This document shows, piece by piece, positions 13,407 to 25,825 of a DNA stretch of 64,000 nucleotides. Origin of the DNA: Protoeuglena noctilucae (lineage: Eukaryota); the NCBI GenBank assembly GCA_958009085.1, contig OY253676.1, positions 248,001 through 312,000 on the forward strand. Direction: 5' to 3'. A model generated the notes under the pieces. The model was not told the DNA's origin, made no database searches, and saw only the letters and a program-made list of their open reading frames with translations. Position 1 is the first letter of the stretch. Every line of letters starts with the position of its first letter. The position numbers and the translations under genes are program-made.

Positions 13407-16400
13407 ATGTCGGATCAGCAAGCTGGTGCAGGGGCGCAGCATGCGTCGCCTCTGCTCCCTGGCCAAGCACCGCCCCAGCAGGGACCGCAGCCGCCGATGA
13501 TGGGTTCTCCTTCCATCTTGGGGACCGCACCGGTCGGAGTCACGAGCCACCGGCCAAACCATGTCGGCCAGATGCTCATGACGGCGCCTGTACCCGGCGT
13601 GGCCCCGGTCGACGCCCCGCCGGCTCAGCGGTTGGAAAGGTTAGTGGCGAGTCGCATGTGCGTCTTTGATTGTCGTGCTATCGGGTGGCTCACAGCTGCG
13701 CTGCTTTGCCGAGGCAGCTGACGCAGAGCACACACTCGAGTGCGCGAACATCTAAGGGCCCTCCTTTCCGATGCGGCCCTCATGCAGGGCCGCCATGCGC
13801 GCCGATGACACCTTTAGTCGTCTTTTTCTGTCGCTGCAGACCGTCGCCGCCTCAGATGCCCGTCCGGCCCGCGTCGTCGGGGTTTCAGGCCCCACCGCCA
13901 CAGATCGGTGAGCCTCCGCGCGCCGCACGCCCGCTGCTGCCGGCCCGCGTCACTCCTTCGCGCGACCATGTCCTTATTGCCTGGCTGCAAAGACTCCCAG
14001 GCTCTTTCGACGCCCTCCCATGCCCTTCCTCTGCAGGAGACGGCATGTTTGCCCCTCCGTCCTTCATGGCGAGTGGCCCGCCGACGAGCGCGCATTCCCA
14101 GCCTCCCGGCGCACCTGGCGTCCGGCCTCCCGGTTCCTGGCCCCGGATCCCCGTCGCTCAGGCCATGTCGGTCGGCTCCCTGGGTCGCGAGAGCGGGGGC
14201 GCATCCTCCCCTCGCTCCACGGCGTCTGGCCCCCCCATGCCGACCGGGGGTGCTGGCGTGCGACCTGCGCCGCGCTCCGCTGGCTCGGACAACCCGCCGG
14301 CGCCCCCTCAAGCCGAGGGAGGGCCACGGTCGGCCAACGCGATGCTGGGCATCCCCCACAGCATGGCGCCGTCTGCACGGCCCGGGTGGCCCGGGCAGCC
14401 CGCCATCCCCGTCTCGACGTCCGGGCCCGCCCCGTCGCCACTGGGGCCGGGGCAGGGCCTGGCACGCTCCTACTCGCAGCCCCCGATCGAAGCCTCCGGC
14501 CTGCCTGACGCCGTGACCTCCCCCACCGGGACCCAGTCCGCCCGCGCGAGCGGCGAGTTCCAGCGGCAAGCCTTGGGGCGCGTGGAGGGGCCCCGCATGC
14601 CCTCCCGGCTCGGGGCCTTGGCGCCGGCGCAAGCCGCGGGGGTGAGCGGTCCCCCGGCGGCCGTGGCGTCGTTGGCGTCCACGTCGGTAACGCAAATGCC
14701 GCGCCGGATGAGCCTGGGCATGAACGGAGGGGAAGAGGGCTCCCCCGCGCGGCCGCTCGTGCAGCCCCGCCAGCATGCGCCTTCCATGTCAGGGGCCATG
14801 GATCCCGGCTATGGGGGTGCAGAGCCCACGCTACGGCGGATGCCGTCAGCATCGGCGCACTTCGGGGGCGGGGTGCCGGCCTCGCAGCCCCCCATGGTGC
14901 AGCCGCGGCAGGCCGCGGGGTCGGCCTTTGTGGGCGGATCGGCGGCTGGCCCGGTGCAGGCGCGGCCGCCATCGGAGAGCACGCACTTTGGCGGGGGCGC
15001 GGACGATGCCGTCCCCCCGGTGCAGCGCCGGCCTCCGCAGCGGTCCTTCAGCATTGGCGGGGGCAGCATGGGTGGGCGGGTGAGAGCGGGGTCCGTCAAC
15101 TTTGGAGGGGGCGCCCCTCCCTCGACAGCAGATGGCAGCCCGGGGCTCGGAACCCCCGTGGGCCCATCGCCAGGCGGGCCACCCGTCGTCGGACGCCCCG
15201 GGTTCCAGACCGCCCACTTCGGGGGCGACGCCCCGTCCCCGGCGCCGCAGGCCGCGCCCCCGCGGGTCGTGCCGCGGCGAGCGGCAAGTTCGATGATGAT
15301 GATTCCCGGGCCCAGCGCCTCGCCTGCGGGGCCCCCGACGGTCGTGCAGCGGCCGCCGATGGGTTCTATGGGGCCCATGGGAATGGGGGAGGGTCCCTGG
15401 GAGCCCCGGAGCCGCGGCAACTCATCTATGATGGGCGGAGCAGCGCCCATGCAGCGCAGGGTGAGCTACAGGCCTTCGCCATGATGCTATGCTGCAGTTG
15501 ATGATGTCAGCGAGATGTGCCTGCCCCCCACCGCCCCACTCGCAGCCTCGCAACCTGTCCTTGGTGATTGATAAGGCGCCCATCGCGGCGCCCTTCATGC
15601 CCTCGGCGCCCCCCACGGGTCCTCCCCAGACCTCTGAGCTGGAGAGCCAGACCTCGGCGCCCGCCATCGCCGTCAGCCCGCCCAGCTCCGGGGCGACGCT
15701 GGGGCGCCCCGCGGTCCTCCGCACCGCCAGCCTGGGCTTGGCGCAGTTCCGGAGCCAGGAGCTCCTCAGCATGGGCAACTCCGAGGCAGCAGAGGTCAGG
15801 GAGGCGCTGAGCTCCCCGGCACCGGCGCCCGAAGGGCCCCCGGTGCAGTCGCCCTCCGCGGCGATGGACACCAGCGTGGCGGTGCAAGTGGGACCCGGGG
15901 CGCCCGGCGCAGGCGGTCAAGCCGGGTCGGAGGACGCGGCGGCTGCCGACGCCAAACAGTCGACGACGGAAGCGCCGAAGAAGAAGGGCATCGACCCCTC
16001 CAAGATGCCGAGGCCCCCGGTAAGTGGAAGCCACTGCGAAGGCTTGATGCGAATAGGTACCTGAGCCAAGTGATTGACGAGAGACAGAGCGATTGTCGAC
16101 TGTGGCGCAAGCACGTGGCACCTGGCAACTGCGGTGCCTTACACGGTTTATATGCCATGCTTGCCTCGCAGACGATGGATGCGGACCCGGTGGAATTCGT
16201 CACGCTGGACTTGCGCGCGGCAGGGCCAGACGGGGAGGCTGCCGTACGCCACCCGCCACCCCCGCCCTCCACGTCGCGCTTCGTGGTCCGCGATCGCGGG
16301 AACTGCGGGCCCAGGTTCCTGCGACTGGTCCTCAACAACGTCCCCGCGGACCCCAAGCTCCTCGCGTGAGTGCCGGCAACCAGACACCGACCACGCAAGG

Positions 16401-19400
16401 GCCAATTGCAATCGATCAAGCGTACGCCATGCCATCCCTGCCACCCCTGCGCTTGCCTGCTTCGTGTCTAGGATGGTCTGCATTTGCCGCCTTTCACCCG
16501 GTGGGCTCGCTGTCCCCCGCAGAGGCTCTGCGTTGAGCATGGACGTCCTCATGCAGCCCCTGGCCGAGTGCGACCCCGATGACGACCCCGTCCCTGTCGT
16601 CGACATGGGCCACCGGGGCCCGCCACGATGCGCCCGGTGCCGCGCATACATCAACCCCTTCATGCGGTGGGTCGATGGCGGCCGAAGGTTCGTGTGCAAT
16701 ATGTGCGGGGCGGCCAACGAGACGCCAGACCACCTCCTGTGCCCTCTCTCGGAGACCGGCCTGCCCACGAGTGAGTGCAAGCGCGCGCACGCACCACGCC
16801 ATCCACTGAGCGAAGGCGCCACAAGCTGGGCGCACAAGCTAAGCCTCTTGGCTGGGCACACGAGCTCGACGCACCTGTGTCGTTGCCTATGGTCCGCAGA
16901 CCACGCCGAGCGTCCCGAGCTGTGGAGTGGTTCAGTTGACTTCGTTGCGTCGGAGGTGTACCGAGCGAGGCCGGGGCCCGCCATGCGCCCGGCACACGTC
17001 TTTGTCATCGACGTGTCGGCCAGAGCCGTCAAGGCGGGGTGGACGGAGGCCTGCGCTCGCGCCATCGACTTCGCGCTCTCAGGTGAGCGCCGCGCAGTCA
17101 TCGGGCTCACGGCCTGGGTCAGCGCCATGGTGTACAGTTGCGCCATGACGGTGTCCACCTGTCCTGATTCACTCTTATCATTACTTTGCAAAAACAAACA
17201 CCACAACCACTGCCGCCTCAGGGATCGCTGCACCCGACCGTGCTCTCTTCGGCATCGTGACATACGACCATCAAATCCACTTCTACGCCCTGCGCTCTGG
17301 CACGGACGCCTACCAGGTGCGTCAGATGGCCGCAGCCACGTCTCTCCTCGCTGCCAACCGCGCCCTTTGCGCCTCTGCATGAGACAGGACCTCTTGCCCA
17401 TGAGTGCCACGGACCCGCACACGCAATGCCATGCACCCCATTGACACCCTTGCAGGTGGTGGTGGCCCCCGACCTGTCAGCCACGTTCGTCCCGCCCGTC
17501 CCCAACCTCCTCGCTCCCCTGTCCGAGACCGAGCCCGCCCTCCGCGCCGTTCTCCGGGACCTCGTGGCGCTCTACCCCGCGGACGCAAGCGGGGCGGGCG
17601 CGACGTGCCCGCTGACCGCGGTGATGGCGGCCGCGAAGCTCATGGCCGGCAACGGCGGCCACGTGCACGCCGTGGTGGGATCGCGGCAGTCGCAGGCAAG
17701 TCGCGATGGGTCAGATGGACTCGGCAATTCCCATCATCTCCCGGCACATGTGCAGCCTATGACCTGACCGAGCGTGCCTGCTTGCAGGGCCAGTGGAAGT
17801 TCCAGGACCGGTCGCCAAGTGGGCCCATGCCAGACACGGCCCCCTTGAAGGACCTCGCGCCCCAGGTGGACATGCAGGCTCTGTCCAAGGAGTGTGCCGA
17901 CGAGCAGATCGCCGTGTCCCTCACCTTCCTCACCACCGCCAAGTGAGTGCGGACAAGGGAGCGCAGATGTGGTGCGAGTAGACCCGCGTGTTTAGCGAGC
18001 ACGACCCGTGCGTGCCAGCCCTGTGAGCCGTGGACCTTTGCAACGAGCCACGCGGCCGTGTCGCTTTGTGTATGTCATCGCTTCCCCACGTCCCGCGTCT
18101 CGCAGGCAATACGTGGACGTGGCGACGCTCTCAGAACTCCCCACCAACACGGGCGGGGAGATCCGAACGTGGCAGGACCTCACTCTGTCAGACTGGCCTG
18201 CCCTGGGGTCCTCCTGGCGGCGCATGCTCAGCCGAGAGCAGGTGCGCCTACGTGGGGTTGTTGGTTCTCCCTGTACCTTGCATGGACTGTACATGTGCAT
18301 GTTCCTTTCCTCCACAGCCCCGCTACAGCTGCCCCTTGCCCAGGCAAGCCCCGGCCAGCATGCCCGCCCCTTTTAATCGTAACCCGACCGCCGGCGTCGA
18401 TCGTTGTCGCACCTCGCAGGGCCTCGAGGCCATCTTCCGCCTGCGCGTGTCCTCGGGTCTGAAGGTGGCATCCTACGACGGCGCGTTCTTTCGGAGGATT
18501 CCGACAGATGTGGACCTGCCCCAGATCGATGCGGACAAGACCATCACGGCGACCGTAGCGCACGACGCTACGCCGCTCCACGGCCGCCCCGAGTGCTACT
18601 TCCAGGCTGCGCTCCTCTACACCACGCCATCCGGGGAGAGGCGAGTTTGCCCGGGTCGTTGTATTGCAAGTGCCTGGCATGGCTGTGAGCCTCTGTCTGG
18701 GCCGACACGCAGGGTTATGCCCGGACCCTGCCCCGACTTGGGCCCTCAGCGGTGCCCTGTCCGCCCCCGCTCCGCAGACGCATTCGCGTCCACAACCTGG
18801 CGCGCTCGGTGACCCCCCTCGTGTACGCCATGTACAAAGGGGCCGACTTGGACGCGTATGTCGCGTCCCTGGCGCGCCGGACCCTGACGCAGCTGCCCTC
18901 TCACACGCTGGAGTCGATGCGGGCCCTGCAGGCCGCCGACGCCGCCGCCACCCTGCAGGTCTACCGCCGCCACTGCGCCCAGGCGGCCCTCGCCGGGCAG
19001 CTCATCCTCCCCGACGCCTTCAAGATGCTCCCGCTCTTCTCGTCGGCCCTCTTCAAGTGCCCCGCCATGCGCGGCGACCTCTCTCCGGACACCCGCGCCG
19101 CGTTCGCGGCACACATCCGCGCCCTGCCGCCCCACCGCGTCTCGGCCCTCCTCTACCCCTCTCTCTTCCGCATCGACCGCCTCCCGCAAGACTGCCCCTG
19201 GCTCCTCGCGCCGCCTCCCGAGGGCAGCACCCACGCCCTGCCACCCCGCATGATGCTCTCGGCGTCCGTGGTCGACCCGGACGGGGTCTACCTGCTCTGC
19301 GACGGGGAGGAGGCGGTCGTGCACGTCGGGCGCAGCGCCGCTCCGGACGTGGTGGCGCCGCTCCTGGGGCCTGCAGTGCTGGAGGATAGGTGAGGGAATG

Positions 19401-19975
19401 GAATGTGGCTGGTTTTCGACAACACACCCGTCGCCTGCAAGGAATGGACGGGTCACTCCACCGCACCTGCGACTGCCCTGACATGGCATCGGTGACGCGT
19501 CAGCCCTCGTGACTGTCGTCCTGTGTCTTTCATCGCTGCAGGGCGCCGCAATCCAGCGAGGGCCTGGTGCTGCCCATGCTTCCCAACCCTTTGTCGGCGT
19601 CCCTCTGGGCGCTGCTGGCGGAGCTGGAGAGGAGACAGGGGTTCGCGCCCCGCCTGGTCCTCTTACGTCGCATCGACAAGTCCGAAGCCCGGTTCTTCGA
19701 CAGGTGAGGCGTGAGCCGTTGTTTGCTGGGTCGCAAGATAACAGGCGTCCAAACACTCGCTCACCCGCCCGTCGCCGGCACGTGCTGCGCCTTGGCGTCC
19801 ATGCAGCCAGGCTGCGCCGGGGGCTCTTAAACACCAATGACAATGCCGCGTCAAACTGCCTACGCTGTTTCCGCTCCTCTGGCCTCGCAGGCTTGTGGAG
19901 GATCGGTGTCACGGGCTCACGAGCTACATCGAGCACCTGCAGCTCCTGCACAAGCACATGCAGACGCGAGCGTGA
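13407..19975 (+). CDS. SEC24: COPII coat SEC24 (Sec24C/CEF-like) with long Pro/Gly-rich N-terminus
   Basis: IDPSKMPRP, zinc finger RCARCRAYINPF...FVCNMC, FVIDVS trunk motif, FQAALLYTTPSGERRIRVHN, QLILPD, C-terminal LVEDR...SYIEHLQLLHK. N-terminal exons splice in frame. Confidence 0.88.
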
Positions 19976-20578
19976 CGGCTCGCACTGGCAGTGATGGCAG
20001 GCACGGGGCCTGCAGCAGCGGGGAGCCACCCCAAACCTTACCACAGGTCGATCGGCAATGGACTGTGCACGCGACATGTTCACGGTTCTTGCCACCCCGA
20101 CCCGACCCTTTCCCTGTCGCGAGCGGAGTTTGGGTCCTCCCCTGGCCTCTTGGCGGGGTCAGCTGCAGCAGCGTTGCCACCCCACCCCTCGTCGACCCGG
20201 CCCTCCCCACCCCACCCCACCCCTTGTCGTTTCGGGTCACCTCACCCCCATCGTTTCAGCCCACCTCTCGTCGTTTCAGCCTCGTCGGCAGAAGCAGCCG
20301 AGCGTCAGATCCCCACTCGGCCCACACTCTGTTGCACGAGGGATGCTCATGAAAGGCATGTGCCAGTTCTAATCAGCGCAGGGCTTCTGTGCCAGGGTGT
20401 CACGCCCTCGAGGGATGCCCTTTGAAAGCAAACTAGCCAACCCACAGCAACTGACGCAACTGCAACTGCCGCGGCATCGCAGTCCAGCGCAGGCCGCTGC
20501 AAGACGCGGTGCCGGCAGCGCCACATGTGGCGCCCTGTTCCGCGCCCCGCGTCATGCCCAGCTCCGCACCCGCCGCGC

Positions 20579-22673
20579 TCACTTGCCAACGGCCTTGCGG
20601 ACGGCAGCCACGACATCCTTGACCTGCACGATCGTGTCGGCCTCGAGCTGCGCGGCGTAGGCGGTGGGCATGTCCTGGGACGACAGGCGCACCACCTCGT
20701 GGTCCAAATCGTAGAAATACTTCTCGTTGATCAGCGCCGAGAGGGAGGCCCCGATGCCGCCCGTGCGCATGCACTCCTCCACGATCACCACCCGCCGAGT
20801 CTTCTGGACCGACTTGGAGATGGTACTTAGGTCGAAGGGCTTGATCGAGATCAGGTCGATCACCTGCGCGCAAGGAAAGCGCCTTTTGTCGCACGAATGC
20901 CCAAGGCAGGTTACCATCGGGGAACACGATCCCGGGCGTGACACCCAGCTAGGCCTCTCCCAGCCAGGCCTGTCCCTTGCCTCGCAGTCGATGCCGTCCT
21001 TGGCCAGCTCGTTCGCCGCCTGCATGGCCGTGTATCGCATCCGAGAGTAGGTGAAGATGGAAACGTCCTTACCCTCCCGCGCAACCTGCGGGCGCGGTGT
21101 CAAGACCAACGGATTGTGAATGCCAACGTCACCGCCAACTCTCATGACAGCCAGCGCCGGTGCAGCACGTCGCGCCAGGTTCTGGAGACACGACAGCAAG
21201 AGCGTGGCAGCCCCACGTCAGTCCAGGACAGCCCCCCGCCAGCGCACAACCCCACACGCTGCCCCTCGCCTCGGCGCGCTCGAGGCTCTGGTAGTGGTCG
21301 CGGCCCTTGGGAGTCCCCTTCACGTTGTAGAGGAGCACGTGCTCGAAGAAGATGATGGGGTTGTCCGACCGGATGGCCGACTTGATCAGAGCCTTCGAGT
21401 TCTCCACCGTGCTGCACGCCACCAGCTGCACGCCGGGGATGGACTGCGAAAGCCAGAGGAAGGAGGGCGCGGGTGACAAGCGGGGAGCCAAAGAGTGAGG
21501 GCACAGCAGAGGCGCCCTTGCGCAGCAGACAGCATAAAACATCGCCGTGGGGGCGACGGGGCAGGCGGGCCAGAAAGCCTGGGCGGCTAATGTCAGCGGC
21601 GTGGGGTGGGAATCTTGCCTGGAAGTAGGACTCGAGGCGCTGCGAGTGCTCGGCGCCCAGCTGCTTCCCGACACCGCCAGGGCCGCGGATGACGATCGGG
21701 ACCTTGAACTGGCCGCCCGACGTGTAGTGCAGCATGCCGCAGTTGTTCGAGATCTGGTTGAAAGCCATGAGGAGGAAACCCATGTTCATGCCCTCCACGA
21801 TGGGCCTGCGGGGGCACAGTCCGGGCGGGCAGTGGCGGCAGGGAGACGACCGTCGGCTCCTGAGGTGCCAGCGCGCCCTTCCCGGAGCCGGCTCCCCGCG
21901 CCTGCGCGTCTGGGGCCGCGCATCTCACCTCAGACCCGTCATCGCTGCACCCACACCCATGCCCAGGAAGCCGTTCTCGCAGATGGGCGTGTCGAGAACC
22001 CGCAGCGAGCCGAACTTCTTGTACAGGCCGTACGAGACCTTGTAGGAACCCCCGTAGTGACCCACGTCCTCGCCCATCATGCAAACCTGCGACAGAGGAG
22101 CGGTGGGCGGTCTCGCGGTCCATCTTCCACGTCCAGCATCATCGGACCCCTCCCTCCCTCGCGGCCAGCTCCAGGGGCAGCGCGGGCCGGCCCACCAGCG
22201 GGTCCATCTCCATCTCCTCGTCGATCCCCTCACGAAGCGCCTCCCACATCATCTTCTCGTTCGTCTTGGCAGCCACCGCCCTGCTCGCCACTGCAGAGGA
22301 GGGGGATGTGGGGCGGCCGTTCGCCGACCGCGCGGTCCGCGGAGGCCCCGAGATCCGGCGCATATTCGAGTAAACGATCGAAAAGAGCACGCTGACGGAG
22401 GGTCGGGGGCATCGGGCAGCAGGAGCGCGCCCCCGCACGGATATCGACGGTCCCCGCGCCGGGCGACCGCGAGAGCCCGCGCTCGCACGGCTCCCTTCGC
22501 GATGGACGACAACTACAGCGCCCGACCCCGAGGCGGGTGCTCGGCGCCCGAGGAGCCCGCTTCGCACGCAAACAAGCCTGACCTGCGCGCGATGGGGCCG
22601 TCCTGCGAGCTGCGCGGCCCACATTAGCAGACACGGAGGCCTGCGACCTCTGGGCCCCGCACACCGCCCTCAT
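20579..22673 (-). CDS. pdhB: Plastid pyruvate dehydrogenase E1 beta subunit
   Basis: Transit-like [16 protein letters not shown]..., [61 protein letters not shown]. Three GC-AG introns. Confidence 0.95.
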
Positions 22674-22988
22674 GTGCCGCGCGCCCCCAAACAGCCCAGG
22701 TAGGTTCACGTGTGGCTTAACGAACGACGCTACGCGCGCGAATGGATATAAGCGTTGGACCAGAGATGGCAACTAGTCCGCTCGTCCGACGGGGAAGGTC
22801 CTGCGCGCCACCGAGCTCTGGCAGGTCATGCCAAGGGTCACTCGCTCACCTGACGTCCCGCTCCCCTCAAACAGAATCTCGAGATGGTCTATAAGCACAT
22901 ATTCACCCCTTCGTGCCCCCATCGTTCTCATCTGCCCGCTCTGCGCACGCCCAGGCCTTGGTCACCCTCGCTCAGAAAACGGCGCCCC

Positions 22989-23989
22989 ATGTCGCGCCTC
23001 GAGTACCATCCGCCGGGCTTCGTGGTACCCGCGACACCAGAACGCGGGGATCCATCGCAAAAGGTCATCCTTTTTGGGTGAGGAAGTCGAATAGACGCCA
23101 TGCTCAGCAGTGCGCGCTTGGACGCCTTGCCGGGGGAAATTGCGGGCCTGCAACGACCTCTCGCAGGCGCCAGAGGGGCGAATCTCAAGCGTCCAACTTC
23201 TCGCACTTCGTCACCAAGACCGAGGCGTTCCTGCGCCTCGCCGGCATCCCCTTCGAGGCGCGGGCGACGGGGCCCAGCCCCGCAGGCCCAAAACAGAAGC
23301 TCCCCTGGATCCAGCATGGGCCCCAAGAGGTGGCAGAGACCGAGCTGATCCTCGACTTCCTCGAGCGCACGTACCCGGACAAGGCAGAGCCGCTGCGGCC
23401 ATCGCCTGACCGCCGGGCGCGTGCCATCGCCGCGCGCATTGTGAGCGAGGACGAGGTATACTTGCACAGCGTGCACTTTCGGTTCTGCACCGAGGAGGGG
23501 TGGGCAGTGACGCGGTGCCTGTTCCAGGGGCTCCCCGAGAAGGAGAGGGATGCGCTCGCTGAGGAGTCGCAGAAGAAGCGGGCACAATCGCTGTGGCAGA
23601 TGGGCATCTCGCGGCACGCGCCCCAGGACAGGGACGCGGTAAGAGGCGTAGAGGGTGGGGGCCGGGCCATGGATCATAGATGGCCCATACGCATCGGGGG
23701 CATCTCTGTCTGCCCGCAGCTGTTGCGACGGGCGCTGGACGCTCTGTCTGGACTCCTCGGCGACGACGACTTCTTTGGTGGTGCCAGCCCCTGTCGCGAG
23801 GACTGTGGCGTGTTTGGGATGCTGGACTGTATCCTGTACTCGCCGGCGCCGGAGGCGGTGGCAGGGCTCATCCGCCGGGACTACCCAAGCCTCGTTTCCT
23901 ACACAGAGCGTTTCCGCGCCAGGGTCTTCCCCCACATCGCATCGCGCCAGGAGCTGACTGACGGGTCGGTCTTCCCGCTCCTGCCCTGA
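22989..23989 (+). CDS. FAX/metaxin-type glutathione S-transferase-fold protein
   Basis: SNFSHFVTKTEAFLRLAGIPF...GPKQKLPWI...AETELILDFL and ALDALSGLLGDDDFFGGASPCREDCGVFGML. Introns 23078-23166 and about 23639-23719. Confidence 0.8.
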
Positions 23990-24100
23990 GACAGAGTATT
24001 CTGTTTTTTGTGGACCTCGCAGCATGCTTGCGAGCACCATGGCGCATGGATGTGCGGCCATGGAGAGCACTCAAACTCTAGCGCGCCCCGCTGCGAGGCT

Positions 24101-25606
24101 ATGTTGGAAAGAGAACCCGGCAAGCGTCAGGATGGCGCCATCTCAAGCGCAAACGGCCCTCAGTCGTTGTGGAACCACAGCGCCAATCCGGGTGCGTCAC
24201 TGGGAGGTGCAACCCGATCGCTCGATGCACGAGCCGGGTCGTGGATCGGTGACGTTTCCGCTCGTGCAGGATGGAGCGCCGAGGAAGCACAGGTATTCAA
24301 GCTTTTGCTGAAGAAGTTTGGGGTGGGGAAGTTTGCGCAGATCCAATCGTGCGGCCTGCTCCAGGGAAAGACGGCCAGTCAGCTATGCAAGTTAGCCCAG
24401 GTGATCGCCTGCTGCGTTCGTGGGACGGACCGGGCCACGGAGCCTGCGGCCTCGCGTGATGAAACACAAGGCCCTTGTGCCCCCCCTTCCAGCGTCTCCT
24501 GGGACAGCAGTCGCTCGACAGCTTCCGCGGATTACGAGTGGACGTGGATAGAGTGCGCGCGGACAATGACGCCAGGGAAGGAGTGCAGGTGACGCCACGG
24601 CAGGCCGTGCGGTGCAGGCAGGAATGCCGCGAACAAGCACCGCGCACGGGCGCGTCTGAGACGCATGAGTTCACTCGCAGCGTAAACGACTGTTGATATA
24701 CAACTCGGGGCCGCCGCCTGGCAAGGCGGAGACGGAGGCTGCACGAGCTGCGAACCAAAAACGGTACGGCCTGACGAGCGAGCAGGTCGCCGAGGTCGAG
24801 CGGGCCTTCGAAGCGCTTTGCCAGAGCAAAGACCAGCCGAGTGCATTTGACTGGGCATTTTAGTGCGCCAGTTAATGCTACAGCAGCCCAATTGAAGTTT
24901 GCTTTGCCTTCGCGTTCACGCAGGGCAGTGTTGCATCCATCGATGCAGAGACCGCGCAGCTCCTTGAGGCGGACCCGGAGGTCGGTGGCTCGCGGACGGT
25001 CGCTGCGCACTTGCTGCTTTCTGGATGGCTGCGCATGCGATGCAGACCTGTGTGATGTCCCACAGGGCCTCGACCGTGCCGGGAAGCTCACCCTGGTGCA
25101 GCGCCTCCTGTCAGCCATTCACGAGCGAAGGAGAAACAGAGTTGCCGAGGACCTCGCGGGCCAAGGTCCCGGTGAAGGTGCTGCAGCGCCAGGGACCAGC
25201 CGCATGCAGCGACAGTTGTGACAGTGGGGCTTGTCAAGCGTTCCGGCAGGCAACGCCCATGTTCGCGTTCCCGGCGCCGCCGCAGGAGTTCCAGCGGAAG
25301 ACAAGGTCGAGCGTCGCCGTGTTGGGAAGAAGCCCGGGCGCAAGCGTAGGCCTCGGTGAGTGGCAGTTGCTGCGGCGCCCGTCTCATTGCCCCTTGCTGT
25401 TGCCCTAGCTCCCTCACCGTCCGCGGCGACGTCGGGTGCGCCTCAGGGACGCGTGCGAGGAAATGGATGGGGAGCTCATCAGCGCCGACATCGAGGACCT
25501 TCTTGCCATGGGCTTCACGCGTGCCGATGCCGCTGACGCCGTCCTGCTGGCCGGCCCGGGCAACGTCGACGGCGCGCTCGAGTGGCTGTTGAACAGGCGA
25601 AGCTGA
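24101..25606 (+). CDS. Probable MTA1c (DNA N6-adenine methyltransferase complex) p1 subunit homologue with C-terminal UBA domain
   Basis: Spliced product SLWNHSANP|GWSAEEAQVFKLLLKKFGVGKFAQIQSCGLLQGKTASQLCKLAQ|RLLGQQSLDSFRGLRVDVDRVRADNDAREGVQ|RKRLLIYNSG...NQKRYGLTSEQV resembles ciliate/fungal p1 as recalled. Last exon LLAMGFTRADAADAVLLAGPGNVDGALEWLL is UBA-like. Start may be 24050. Confidence 0.72.
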
Positions 25607-25825
25607 TCAGAGCGACACCGATGGTCCGTGTGTCGATCTACGGCAACACATGCGCCCCTCCGCCCCTGGCATGGCAATGTGGACAGAGACGGCACCGGTG
25701 ATTCAACACCACGACGAGACTGGTACATGGCGAGCCTTGCAGGCCTAAGGCGCCCGCCTAGCATAGGTGCATCACCAAGCAGGCGCGAGCCACGTGGGGG
25801 TCTGTCCCGGCGAGCCCTAGCGCCC

